A DNA stretch of 63,795 bases, the filler included, from Rhabdomonas costata (lineage: Eukaryota): NCBI GenBank assembly GCA_019059605.1. It is 44 parts of 44 records of this genome, joined end to end, with 100 filler letters (N's around TTAATTAATTAA, not from the genome) between each part and the next. Parts side by side here need not be neighbours in the genome. Positions count along the whole stretch, not along the records: positions 13,077 to 14,429 come from JAHMHO010018457.1; positions 14,530 to 15,880 come from JAHMHO010018458.1; positions 15,981 to 17,333 come from JAHMHO010018459.1; positions 17,434 to 18,786 come from JAHMHO010018460.1; positions 18,887 to 20,239 come from JAHMHO010018461.1; positions 20,340 to 21,691 come from JAHMHO010018462.1; positions 21,792 to 23,143 come from JAHMHO010018463.1; positions 23,244 to 24,595 come from JAHMHO010018464.1; 36 more parts are not named here. One strand, 5' to 3'. Within the stretch, counting starts at the first letter, position 1, and every line of letters starts with the position of its first letter. Shown here piece after piece: positions 13,077 to 25,127 of the stretch. Below the pieces are notes generated by a model that was not told the origin of the DNA, made no database searches, and worked only from the letters and a program-made list of their open reading frames with translations. Made by a program: the position numbers and the translations under genes.

Positions 13077-14420
13077 CCATCACACCGCTCCCGAAGCTCT
13101 TCGCCTTTCCTGTAAGGTCCCTTGTTTCTATCTCTGGAATCCCGCTCTTGGTGCGCTTTACGGACTTGCCAAGAACGGCTCCATACAAACGTCTGGTCAA
13201 CATTGCAAACCGAAAACGCGTTGTACAGCAATATCTGCAAAGATGGTGGGAGGCTTTATTAATGTGTTTATCGCCAATCCAATTGCTTATTTTGCGAGCA
13301 TTCGCCACTGAAAGTGTCACAAACTGCGCGTATGCCTGCTGCAAAAAGGGCGCCGACAGCTGTACGTGGGGATTTGTGAGTCAAAAGCCTCACATGCACG
13401 CGCAATGGACTATTTCAGGTTGACTGGCTTGGGTCTTCCACCACATTGCGCTGGAGGTAGGGGTCCAGTGCTTCGATCATGTTCACACTCATCGCTGTGT
13501 AAAACTGTGCTTGGATGAACATCATGTAGTTTTGAGCAACCAAATGAAACTTCGGCAAGTTGCCCTTAAAAATTCAGAGCTCAGGAGTCTCCACTAACAG
13601 CTTAAACTCATTATGGCAGGAACTTGGCTTGAGCTCCTTGAAAAACAAATCCCATGTGTCGAACCGATTGTCACGATGGAACAGCCGGATTACATGTTTT
13701 CACATAGCAATGATGGGGAGTCTGGAAACTTTCGCTGATACTTGCGCACCTGGCACTTGACTGCCCAAGCCCCAGATTCTCCGTGTTACCCTTGTATCCG
13801 GTTAAATGAGGATTATTTTCACGCAACTTGAGGAAGGTGCCCGCAGCGACGGAGTCGCAATTTGCTGAATGCGGGCAAACTTTTCCTGAGCCTGCCGCAT
13901 CTTTCTGCATGTTCTTCACGTTGGTTGACGTATTATTTCGTCTGTCACTTGTGGGTATCCAATCATCTTATCACTAATGAGCTAACCACGAGATGCAAAT
14001 AACCACCTGTTACTAAAAATATTGATGGGAAAGCAAGCAAGCAGTGGTAAACCCTCCAGGCAAACTTGTTGTGCGGAGATCCACACAAAACCTTTAAAAA
14101 GAATGCCGTGAAAACCATGTGTTGTTGGACTATGACAATTCCACCGCCATAATTTGCACCACTGATGCAGCGGTTTTTTCCTACAGAACTTGTTACCTTT
14201 AATGCGGCTTAAAAAACAACGCCCCACAGGATTTCTCAATTCCTGGCACTTCCCCCGCTACCTCAGCACTTCAGCAAAAGCAATAAGTTTCCACTTTTAA
14301 AGCAAGCATGCCGGATAAAATGACTTTACTTTTCCCAAATTCCTGGTTAACATAAGGTAGGTTTGGGCAACCAAATGGAACTTCGGCAAGTTGATTTTAA
14401 AACCTCAGCGCTCAGTAACC
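13077..14420 (-). pseudogene. Degenerate intronless coding relic with an internal duplicated segment, probably from a mobile element
   Basis: Protein-like stretches (e.g. HVIRLFHRDNRFDTWDLFFKELK...L*IFKGNLPKFHLVAQNYMM) are broken by stops and frameshifts. A ~50-bp diverged direct repeat lies at about 13536-13586 and 14367-14416. Confidence 0.35.
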
Positions 14421-15989
14421 ACCCCCCCCNNNNNNNNNNNNNNNNNNNNNNNNNNNNNNNNNNNNNNNNNNNNTTAATTAATTAANNNNNNNNNNNNNNN
14501 NNNNNNNNNNNNNNNNNNNNNNNNNNNNNGGGGGGTGTGAGTAATGGCTTCGTGGATGTGTAGGTTTGTAACGTTCCGGGACCAGAGACGGCCGCCGCCG
14601 CTCTGGGTTGGTATTTGTGTGGGTTGGTGGTGTGTCGTGTTGTGTTGTGTGGGTGGGTGTTGTATTGTGTTGTGCGTGTGTTGCTCTGCCTTTCTGTCCG
14701 CGAGTGTCTTCTGGCGCTGTGGGGGGTTTTCTTTTAGTGAAACCTCCCGTGCTGTAGTGTGACATCATGTGAGATGCACACAGAATGCCATCTCTGGTCG
14801 TTGTTCCCGATTCTTCGTGCGCTCACCTTGCGCACTCAGGTGTTTAGTTAGTTTTTGGGTGACGTTTTCTATTCAGTCGGTTGCTTTTTTTTTGGCGTTG
14901 GTGTTTAGGGCAGTGATAAACGGTCCCAGCGGAAACAAACATATTTACAATTTTGATAGACCCACACGCCATCTTTCCTGCTGAGCCGCCTCCTTTGGAG
15001 GCGCAGCGGGCTGCCCTCCATGTCAGCAGCAGATGTTTCCTCTACCAGCGTTTACCAGCAGCCAGCAGTTGATGGGGTTCTAGCCCGCTTCCCCATACCT
15101 ATAAAAAGAAACTGATTTAACATGCATTGGTACAGTTTACGTTACCCTCTTCTAGTTTAATATACAAAACCGGTTACCGTTACTGCCCCCTCAACGTCAA
15201 TTTGGCCGAGTGGTTGCGTTTCACTTGACCGTCCTTTTCTTTCTTTGCCTTGTAATGTTACACAGCCATATCCACAACTCTCTTATGTCTTCAAATACGG
15301 CTCCCATGCGGCTTCCCTTTTGGGGATGACTAGATTTATCTTTCTGAGTGTCTGAGTGAGCAGAGTCCAATTCCCCCCTTCCTCCTTCGTGTACACACCG
15401 ACACGCAACCTAACATCTGTGTTGTCTGCTGAGCGGAATGCATACCCGCCTGCAGCGAAGAAATTCTCCTTCTGCCAATCGGCGGGGGTGTAGTTCGACC
15501 ATGCTCTTGTGGACGATTTGTGCGGTTTGCTTGGATTTCGTAATGGTCCATCTTTCCATCCACTGGTCAATCTTTCTACATTCCGGTCCTCTCGTCATGT
15601 GATGTGCTGCAAAGCGTAGGCACTTTTTTCTGTTCCGTTCATATTTCGTACAAAACACCCACTGAAGGCCATTTAATTCTAAGCCCCGCACGTGCATCGC
15701 CTCCTCATCCCCTGCAAAGCGTCAAGTGAAATTCCTTGGTTCAACGCAAGCAGAACCATAAAACCCAGGAAATCATCACACTTAAACACGTATGTGTTAG
15801 ACATGCGTTTGACGTCTGACGTTTCACGTGTAACACCCATCTAACGCCCGTAAGACGCCACCCCCCCCCAAACACACCACNNNNNNNNNNNNNNNNNNNN
15901 NNNNNNNNNNNNNNNNNNNNNNNNTTAATTAATTAANNNNNNNNNNNNNNNNNNNNNNNNNNNNNNNNNNNNNNNNNNNNTTTGGGGGA

Positions 15990-17051
15990 AGGCCCACATG
16001 GAGATGTGGGCCTTCCTCCAGTCCGCAAAAACGGCGCGAACAAGGGCAGGGATACCCTCCTCCCCTCCGCGGCCTCGGCGGCGCCCGTTGCCTCCCATGC
16101 TGTTGGCACTGCTGAGCTGCCGGGCCAGCTTGGTCAGCACCTCGGGCACGATGGCGGGCACGCTGGACCCACCCCGACCCACCACGCCACGACGCGGTGG
16201 CTCTTTGTGCTTTGTGAGTTTGTTTTGCTGTCGTGTACTTGCTTATTGGAGTTTGTTGGTGATCAAGGGCATAGAAAAGGCTTACCGCTCCTGTTTCTTC
16301 AATCGTTGCCCACCCAAGGTGACTTTGGCTTTGTCGAACTGTACGGTTGGCACTGGAAGTCGATTATCAACTGTGTGGCTGCTGAAACAAAGCCCATCTC
16401 CAGGAAGCCAAATGGAAGGCACCTGTGAGGGAAAGCTCGGGCAATGGCCCCGAGCCCGGCACACCCGGCGAGCCGAAGGCTGCCTCCACTCCCCACTGGG
16501 GAGCACGGAGCCCCACTGCTCCGGGAGCGGCACCATTGCTGTATGGAAAGGAAATAAGGGCCGTCGAGCGTCTGCAGACACCCGCTCGGCTCTAAACCAC
16601 TAAATCAACTCACTTTTTCAACCACAAACATGGACCCACCCCAAAGACACCGACAGCGCAGCCCTCCCGCCCGCTCGAGGGGCCGGCGGCGAAAACAATA
16701 GAAACCCAGCAGCAACATGTCATTCGAAATAGGTCGAGCAAACCAGCATCGCCATGGGTCGAACGCACCTTACAGTGAGTTGGAGGGGAGGAAAGGGACA
16801 TAGTGGATGGACAAAGATGACACAACAGAAATTACAAAAAGGAATCCGGCCATATACTTGTGAGCAGAAAGGACAGCAGACAAGACAGGGGAGGGGTAAT
16901 ACCTCGAACTTCGTTTTGAGCTCAGCCACGGTGGCCTCCGAGCTGAGCTGCACTAGCAGCGAGACCACACTGCTGGCCTCTTCGCGCACTTCGGCCCTGG
17001 GGTCGCCCAACTGCGAGCACCCCAGCTCCAGCAGAGCCGTGAAGGACTTCT
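15990..17051 (-). CDS. PSME4: Proteasome activator PA200/Blm10, C-terminal region (exons 17051-16903, 16538-16423 and 16162-~15990)
   Basis: LGDPRAEVREEASSVVSLLVQ...RLAGCAGLGAIARAFPHSVPAIVPEVLTKLARQL...LVRAVFADWRKAHISMW matches the PA200 C-terminal pattern (EVRE.A..TLSGL; RHAGVLGL....P..VP; FRRTH.D.W). The introns are phase-compatible GT-AG. Confidence 0.8.
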
Positions 17052-18313
17052 CTGCACGTCATACCCCCCGCCGTAAATCACTTCCCAAAAAACGCACACT
17101 ACCGAGATCACCTCAGGCATATTCAGTTCTACAGCTCCGCAAGAGACCTTGAACGCTTGAAAAAAAAAACAAGACAACGGATACGAGCGTAACTATTGTC
17201 CCGTCCCACAGCCACTATCCGCAAGACCTTGACCTCTCCTGAAGCAAAACGACTCGGCCAAAAATGCGCTTTCCTGGCTTGTTCCAGCCAAAAATGCGCT
17301 TTCCTGGCTTGTTCCAGCACCTGCCCAACAAAANNNNNNNNNNNNNNNNNNNNNNNNNNNNNNNNNNNNNNNNNNNNTTAATTAATTAANNNNNNNNNNN
17401 NNNNNNNNNNNNNNNNNNNNNNNNNNNNNNNNNTGGTGGGAACTATGCTGGGAACTATAAAACCATGTGGTCGGGTTTCTAGGCACATTTGTCTTTCCAC
17501 CAGACTATCTTGCTGAATCAAAAAATCAATTCTGCTCTTTTTGGATAGTTTTTTCCTTTTGTTTAGTTATTCTGGAATTTCAAAGCGTTGTGACTTGGTG
17601 GCATTGAGAGTTCTGGTGTGCAATGCGATAAGCAAGCACAAGTACAAGCACAAGCAAAGGGGCCCTTCCTCAGCAGCTCTTCAACTTTTGTGTGCTGTGG
17701 CAGGCCAACAAATTGCCTTTGAGACCTTTATTTTATTTTTATTTTATTATCGGTGCGAGTGCGAGAGTGGGAGAATGCAGCGGGGCTCCATCTTTGGGAT
17801 GTGCAGGATGGGTGTGCAGACGTTGAGATTCCCCGGCTGGTCTGTCAGCTCACTGCAGGTCCTTCTCCACCCGAATGAACGTGGTTGTTGACGCGTCCGG
17901 TCTCCTCTTTTATTTCCACCTCTTCCAAAGCGTGATTGCATATTTACTGTGCCTTGCTTTGTCGACTATTGCCTCTTCAATGTCAACCAAAGAGGTGGAC
18001 GTGGCCACCCCAGACCCTGCCCAGGACCCATAAACAGAAAGCTGAAAATTTAAGTGGATATGGGCTGGAAGGTGCAGGGCGTTGCCACGATACCAATACC
18101 CGCATGGTTGGACAAAAGCGCGATGGAAGGCCCCATGTTTGCCCTGGGTTTGCTCCCTCAGTTGGCGGAGCCGGCCACTGCTGCATCAGTCAGTCAGTAT
18201 TATGGGCAGCATGGTACTGTGCGGCAGGGGGGAACGGGTACTGTAGAGTACTTACGTTTCACGTTTCGGGGGGCGGGGTGTTTGCTAAGAAAAAACCCTG
18301 TGTGTGCCTGCAG

Positions 18314-18453
18314 GGTGCGCTTCGGTGTGGGGTGGTCAAGCTTACCGCCAGCCAGCGCCGGTGGCTGGACACCAGCGTGATCCTGCGGCCTCCGGAGCGC
18401 ACGGACTGGGTATGCCGGTCCTGTGGAGCCCACAACGCCGGCGGGACGAACAG
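18314..18453 (+). CDS. Exon encoding the start of a RanBP2-type zinc finger
   Basis: ...PPERTDWVCRSCGAHNAGGTN carries the W-x-C-x2-C-x3-N signature and has CAG/GT borders. Confidence 0.6.
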
Positions 18454-19376
18454 GTTCTACTCTGCGCGTTTGGGTGAGGCAGAGAGCGGGGGTATTCGTC
18501 TTATTCACAAATTTCTCGGACGTCTCTGGCTTCGTTGGATGTCTCTTTGGGGGTTTAGAGAGATGATGCAAGGGGACTATTTCCGAGAACGCTTTTACTG
18601 CCCCTTTTACTGCCACTCCTTCAACCTGTTACCAGGAATAACGATTTCAGTTGTGGATCTCCCAATTAAACACGCCGTTACAAGTCTCAACTTTATGTTC
18701 CCCCCTTCCGGCCCTTCCCGCTGCCGTGACCTGGCCTCCGCCCCTAAACCAACTCTGTCCCAACCGTGCGTTGCCCAACAACAACCNNNNNNNNNNNNNN
18801 NNNNNNNNNNNNNNNNNNNNNNNNNNNNNNTTAATTAATTAANNNNNNNNNNNNNNNNNNNNNNNNNNNNNNNNNNNNNNNNNNNNTTTTTTGGTTACGA
18901 TGCAATTTTCCTTCCCTGGGGTCGCTCCTAGTCCGCCCCCTTCGGCCGCTTTGCATCAACATAAATGCAGTCTCACTCATGCGGGGGGCTCCCAATGGAG
19001 GGTTTTCGTTAAACTGTGTTTGCTTTTCTCAATGGTTTAAGGTGAAGTAAAGGGTCAGATGAACCAAGTCAGATCTCCCTGAACGCGCATTTATGACTGC
19101 TCTGAGGCCACCACCTCTCTCTCTTCTATGCAAGTAACGCCGGCGAATACTGGTCCGTTGATGAGCTGTGACGAGCGAGAGGGCCAGCATCAGCAGCAGC
19201 ATCACGTTAGGGCCGCATAGTGAGCTAAAACCGTTGCCTGGGGCGCCTGAATGTCGTGATACAAGAAGAGGGGATAACAATGGTTTGCTTTCTATGCCCC
19301 CCCCCCGCTTCGCAGAGCTTTGCTTTTTGAAAGAGAATGGCCAACACGCTGCACACCCCTTGAGCGGTTCGCGCAG

Positions 19377-19521
19377 GCCCTGGTGGCGCAGCAGCCCGAC
19401 GTCTTCCACGCGGTGCTGCGGGAAAGGCTGGAGAGGGAGTCCCGCACCGTGTGCAAGGGCGCCAAGGCCTCCGCCCTGCATGGGAAGGAGGGCAACTTCT
19501 ACGACCGGCGCCAGAAGCTCG
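19377..19521 (+). CDS. Hypothetical protein exon
   Basis: High-GC3 frame ALVAQQPDVFHAVLRERLERESRTVCKGAKASALHGKEGNFYDRRQKL between CAG and GT. Confidence 0.5.
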
Positions 19522-21139
19522 GTGACAGGGGCGGAGGATCCCAAAACTGTCCTCTGCTTTCTGGTGTCGGGCTGGGTGGTGCGCAAAGAAAAAGCCGATG
19601 CTAATGGAAACGAATGCATAGTGAAAGGGAGCACTGCGAACGAAGAGCGGGTTTTGCTTCGGGGGGACCAGTTGCTGGTCTACTCTGAATTAATCGGTGC
19701 GATTCTTGTGTGTGGGCTGGAGACAGAAACCGGCCGCACTTGAGACTGTGGTGCACTGCCTGTGATGTGCAGGTTTGTTTCACTGACGATGTTCCCTTCC
19801 GTTCTTTTCCGTCCTCTTCACTTCACGAGCAAAAAATCCGACCCCAGCTGGTTTTTTGGCAAAATAGAAGGAAAAAGGAGAAGTATGGTGATGCCATGGG
19901 AGTAAACGTGATGTTGACAAGATGCTAGGTTGTGTGGTCCGCAGCATTCCGTCCTCAACCCTGTGTCCTGTACTCCCTGTCGATCACGAAAAACTCCGCT
20001 GCAGTCGTTGCTAGAAAAGCGTCTCCCTTCTTCCCACTTCGACCCACCCTTCAGCTTCCACACAAGCTCCTAACCTCACTTCCTGTTGCATGTAATAGAT
20101 TTGCATCATGCTTTCGCCTCGGGAACCCATTAGCACATATGATGAAACCTTATTCCTGTTCTCAGCCAGTAGTCGTGCTTGAGGTGGATTTCAATCCCCA
20201 GAACGTGGTCCCTTCCCCTCCTCTCCCCGTTGAACCCAGNNNNNNNNNNNNNNNNNNNNNNNNNNNNNNNNNNNNNNNNNNNNTTAATTAATTAANNNNN
20301 NNNNNNNNNNNNNNNNNNNNNNNNNNNNNNNNNNNNNNNTTTTTGTGGTTTTTCAGAGGAAGAAGGATGCATCCACAGTGTTTTTCAGAGTTTTTACATG
20401 TGAAAGTGACGAGGAGGCCGAGATTTCAGAATATTTTCACAGACAAGGCCTCAGCGGATGCAGACGGAGAAGACAAACAGCGGCAGCTTGAAATGTGATG
20501 TCCCTTCTTTTGTCTAGGATTTCAAATTTTACGTTAGGTGTTGAATAAATCCAAAAAGTCGTCAGGTCGCTTTGTTTTCCAGAGTGTTTTTCTCGTTAAT
20601 TTTGCCTTTTGTTGCTACAGAGGTGCCATAAAAGAACCACAGCAGAGCCGCAGGCCAGAGACGAGCGGAGACCAGGAGGGCCATGCAGAGTGTACAGAGG
20701 GCGTTGGGTTTGCAGAGCGTGAGGGTGGGAACGCTGCAGAGTTACACAGGACAGGGTGTGTGTGTGTGCAGTCGTGTGCCCATTCCACATCCTTCGCTTT
20801 GTGTGGGAGATAGTGGAAAGGGATAAGCGGCGAGACGCGCCCGGCGTAACCCCTCCACATCCAAGAAGGTGTGAGCCATAATGCCAGACAATTCTACACC
20901 ACCTGTGTCCAGAGCATCCCCCCCACAGTCACACGTGCATCTCACCCACACCCTTGTCATTTGTAGAAGCTGTGCCATCAAAGGTTTCCAGATTCCAGAC
21001 CGGCTTGATGAATGCAAGTTGTCGAAGCCCCTTTTTCAAAAAGGCGACGCTCGAGGAAAGCAGCTCCAAAGAGACACCTGAAATTGAAGAATGGAATCCA
21101 CGGTCTAGGTGCGAGTCACCTAAGTAAGTCGAGGCATAG

Positions 21140-21620
21140 CCCACATTGTGCAAGCAAGGTCAAGATACAGTCCAACTGGAGCATGATCCAGAGGCATCAC
21201 CACCTCCAGCGGTAGGAGCCACGTAAGTGTTACAGCAATATCGTTGGAGTGTGACACGTGGCAGCAGATGGATAAGTCGATAAAGCCCTGTGCGGACGAG
21301 GAGCGCAGATCTGTGTTGGAGTACCACGTATCACTTTGTGACACGTGGTAACAGAGGAAGTGTACGACCTAATTTGGGCGCAGTGGGCAGTGAATGAATC
21401 CAGTGACACGTGGTGCAGATTGATTCCAGGGTGCACCAGGAAAAGATCCAACTTCAAATTTTCAGATCCTGCGAGAAGGGCCTGTGTGGAATAACCACCT
21501 ACAGAGTGCGGGTAAGTTTCAGAGTTCGGTAGCAGGCGACCGAGTCCACAGAGTTCAGGGGACGATTGATTTAGGAGGGGTCGAGTTCATCTCATCCAGC
21601 CCCTGTGTGGAGGTCAGCCC
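21140..21620 (-). mobile_element. Degenerate apurinic-endonuclease (APE) domain of a non-LTR retrotransposon
   Basis: The minus strand gives LDEMNSTP (GDFN-like), DLFLVHP, then TWYSN...FIDL...PLDHAPVGLYL (TW...ID...SDH.PV), in the expected order with frameshifts. Confidence 0.45.
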
Positions 21621-21890
21621 AATTACAGAGGTGGGTTCCGATTTGATGTCAGGAAATACGCCACCTCCAAAGCCTAGCGCAACCCCCACCCNNNNNNNNN
21701 NNNNNNNNNNNNNNNNNNNNNNNNNNNNNNNNNNNTTAATTAATTAANNNNNNNNNNNNNNNNNNNNNNNNNNNNNNNNNNNNNNNNNNNNTTTTTTTTT
21801 GTTTCAATTCGAACATCGGTACCAGAGCCTTTCGACTCTGACAAGCGACTGCTTTCGTTCGGGTTGACGATGCCAATCTCGTCACCACAG

Positions 21891-23022
21891 TGCCGGTTCT
21901 TGGGTGCTTTGGGGTGGGACAGTCCGAAGACGGCCGAGGACCTCGCCGGAGGTAAGCCCAAGAAGAAGGACAAGGCCCCTGCGGCAGCCAAGGAGCCCAA
22001 GGCAGCCCCGAAGGCCCCCAAGGCCGTCCCCACAGACTCTGCCGCGCAGGCCGAGGCGGAGCAGCGCCAGCGGCTTTCCCAGGTCTTCCGGGCCTGTGCT
22101 CTGATCTTAGTACGCATCAATTCGGAGCATAACTCCGCTGCAGATTCCTGCAGAACAGACCCTGCGCCTCTATTTGTTGTCCTCTTGTCTTGCTGAGGGA
22201 ATGCACAGGGAATAACACCTAACTTCCAGGAGTGAAGTTGATATGTTGGGAATTTTTGGGGTCAACCCTTTGATGGATTTGTGGAGCTGAGAGAGGGAGA
22301 GCCTTCCACATAGCTTCTACGATCCCCATAATTGAGAATTGAGAGTATCCGGTTCAACCCGACCACCTGCGCGACCACTCATTCCACATTCCATCACCCA
22401 AGAGAGCAAAATACAAAGTCACTGGCAAAACCAAAGATATGGATGACCAGAAAGACGACCCAAAGGATGAGGGAGAAGCCTGTTCCGCAATTCGTGCGCA
22501 CAAGAATCAGCATCCTCCTCCTCTCTCCGGCTGCCCATCACTGCTGTATTCTCCTTGAAAAGTATGCCCTCTCTCTCAGGCTGTCTCCGCCGTGCGTGGG
22601 AGCTTTCTGTTCTCTCTGCCCCGGAAGGAAATCCAGAGCTTGCAGCAGGACGCCCGGGAGGGCGCCATCCCCGATGAGGTCTTTTCTCCCCCCACTGAAC
22701 CGAATTGAACTCACCTCATCACACAGCTCCTCCAGCGCGAGTCGACCCTGGGAAGATTTGGGGGCTCTGTTCCGTTCCCCCCTTGCACAGTTTGTCCTCT
22801 GTCTATCATCGCTTTTGGTGCTTGCGTTTTCATCGCCTTTGCATTTGTAAAGATTGGCATGTTTTTGACTGTGGGCACTCCCTCTGATATGTGATGATAT
22901 ACCACTGATCACCATCGCAGGGCCAGGTCGTTGAAGTTGGGGGCTGGATCCGCACAATCCGCCAGCAGGCGGCAGTGAACTTCGTGGAGCTGAACGACGG
23001 CTCCACCCCGGAGTCCTTGCAG
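21891..23022 (+). CDS. Asparaginyl-tRNA synthetase, N-terminal region with a Lys/Ala/Pro-rich linker and the start of the OB fold
   Basis: Exon 22921-23022 reads GQVVEVGGWIRTIRQQAAVNFVELNDGSTPESLQ, the AsnRS anticodon-binding motif GW.RT.R.....F..LNDGS....LQ. Upstream high-GC exons lie at 21891-22082 and about 22580-22678; their joining is not fully resolved. Confidence 0.8.
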
Positions 23023-23377
23023 GTTTCCTTTGCCCCACTATATGCTCTCTTCCCCCATGATCATTGTGGGTAACCGCCGATTGTCTCAGGGTTGCGACCG
23101 TGCACTTATGTCTGTCTTCCCTTCCCTCTTCCACCCCCACCCCNNNNNNNNNNNNNNNNNNNNNNNNNNNNNNNNNNNNNNNNNNNNTTAATTAATTAAN
23201 NNNNNNNNNNNNNNNNNNNNNNNNNNNNNNNNNNNNNNNNNNNTGTGTGGGTTCAATTACCTGCAGGTCGGATGAGTTGCTGTGATACCGCGGTGCAAAG
23301 CGGGGGAAGGGGATAAAGGGTGCAGCGGTGGGTCGAATGAAGGGCTGCCAAAAAAGCGTTGGAGGGACTGTGCACAC

Positions 23378-23593
23378 TTTGCGGTTGCTGACGTCATCGA
23401 TGCCCTGCAGGCTGGTGGTGGGGCGGAAGGAGATTGAGGCTTGGCCGCCCACGGAGAGCGCGAACGTGCTGGCCCACTGCGAGATCAGCGAGGACACCAG
23501 CGAGCTGCCGCTGCTGCGGAGCGTTAGCCCAGAGGCCCCTTCCCCAAGGAGGAGCACGGCGAAGAGAAACACAGGCAACATCCCCACAGCCAT
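23378..23593 (-). CDS. First exon of a secreted or receptor protein with a PstS-like periplasmic-binding domain
   Basis: A signal peptide (MAVGMLPVFLFAVLLLGEGASG) is followed by LTLRSSGSSLVSSLISQWASTF...ISFRPTTSLQGIDDV, resembling the PstS N-terminus (G.GSS...PL...WA..Y......Y...GS..GI). The donor is GTGTGC. Confidence 0.65.
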
Positions 23594-24697
23594 ACCACCG
23601 TCGTAGCGTGAGGGAAGGAGAAGTGCTGGAAGGCTGGAAGATGGAGGGGGTGTGGAGATGTTGATTAAGAATTAGAACTTAGGTACTCTGAAGTGAGGTC
23701 AAAGGAGTAAAAGAGTAAAATGGAGCAGGGAAGGCTGAACAAAGGCTGAGCAAATTGAGAAAACCATGCGTACCTACCCACCCAATCAACTTTCACCTGA
23801 TTTCCCAACCACACCACACGGTAAACCTCCCAGGACTGCGCCCGTGAGTGCCCCATCTGCTGTTTGGGAGAGGTGGGCGAGTGCATCCAAAGCGGGGAGG
23901 GGGTGCCCTGTCAAGTGGCACCCCGTGGCACGTGTGCGCGTGCGTGTTCCATAATAATTCTGAAAAGAAGGGGCCGAAAGGACCTTGGGATGCTGGCTTT
24001 GATGGACCGACCCAAATCGTTTGATGGACCCAGGGCACCGAAGACAGAGAAGACTGCACTGGCGTCTCGTTGTCAACAAAATCGTTATGCGCGTTCTGCT
24101 TGAATTGCTACCGAGAGCACTTCACAAGTTCAAGAGTCCTGTCCTCCTTGCCTGCGGCAATCGGATATTTGTGTTATGCATCTCTGGAAATTTCCCTGGG
24201 GATGCACTGGGGATGAGCACAGGACCTCAGAAGGGGTCAGGAGGCGACAAACAGACATCCAAATGGGAAGTACGTATCCAGCGACCTCTGCTATTTGTGA
24301 CCTGGAGAAGTATTTAGTGTTAGCTTACGTTTACCTTTGAAGGCTGAATAACAAGAAACACCCGCACCAGCTCTGCGTGTATATAGAGTTCGCCGCTCCA
24401 ACGAACGGGGGCAGGGGAACAGATGAAGCAGTGCCGTGAGGGAAGACAAAAGCAAAATGAATGAATGAAAAAGATGAGGAAAAAGGAGAACCGGTTGACG
24501 CAATGGAAAAGGGGAGGAAAGGATTGGGAACGTCCCATTTGGATGTCTGTTTGTCGCCTCCTGACCCCTTCTGAGGTCCTGTGCTCAACCCCAACNNNNN
24601 NNNNNNNNNNNNNNNNNNNNNNNNNNNNNNNNNNNNNNNTTAATTAATTAANNNNNNNNNNNNNNNNNNNNNNNNNNNNNNNNNNNNNNNNNNNNTT

Positions 24698-25054
24698 GTG
24701 GTGTTAGCGTTGGTGTCATGCGTAGTACTTGGGCTTATGGTGTGTTTATGCGCTTCTTGTGTGGTTGATGGGCTGAGGGTGTGGGCTGAGGGTGTGGTTG
24801 GAGCGTCTGTGTGTTGCAATGGCTGTATGGTGCTTGGTGTGTGGATGCTGTGTCTGGGGTTCTGGGGTTCATGGTTTGTGTGTTTCTGTGTCAAGGGCTG
24901 TAGTGTGCTTGTTGTGTGAGGGGCTGTTGGTGTTGGCTTGGGTGCTTGGGGGCTTTGTGTCAGGATGTTGGGGGTTGAGGTGTGAGGGGTTCGTGAGGCT
25001 AAGGGTATCAGCATGACTATGAGTGAAGAATGCAGTAACTCAGCATGACTGTAG
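24698..25054 (+). CDS. G/T-skewed hydrophobic frame, open to TAG only if TGA=Trp; possible divergent mitochondrial membrane-protein gene piece
   Basis: The frame is rich in Val/Leu/Gly/Cys/Trp. In-frame TGAs lie at 24917, 24983 and 25046 and the first TAG at 25052. GLRVWAEGVVGASV is loosely similar to the atp6 motif GIRLFANMMAGHSL, but it overlaps a 13-bp tandem duplication. Confidence 0.3.
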
Positions 25055-25127
25055 AAGAAGAAACCCAGGGATGCCAGAACCCTTCCATCTCAACCCTGCT
25101 TCGTTGCTCAGGCTAAGGGTGTATTCT

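Noticed and set aside
15340-15353. CTTTCTGAGTGTCT, matching my recollection of part of the Euglena spliced leader
   Set aside because: It lacks the following ATTTTTTTTCG and GT donor, and it lies within an opposite-strand protein-like frame. It is probably chance.
16163-16422. Possible non-canonical intron in PA200 (no pyrimidine tract at the acceptor)
   Set aside because: An in-phase GT...CAG solution exists (donor 16422, acceptor 16163).
17936-18838. 300-aa ORF in the ORF track
   Set aside because: Only 18314-18453 has exon-like composition and splice sites. The rest is chance read-through of introns, as with most long ORFs in the track.
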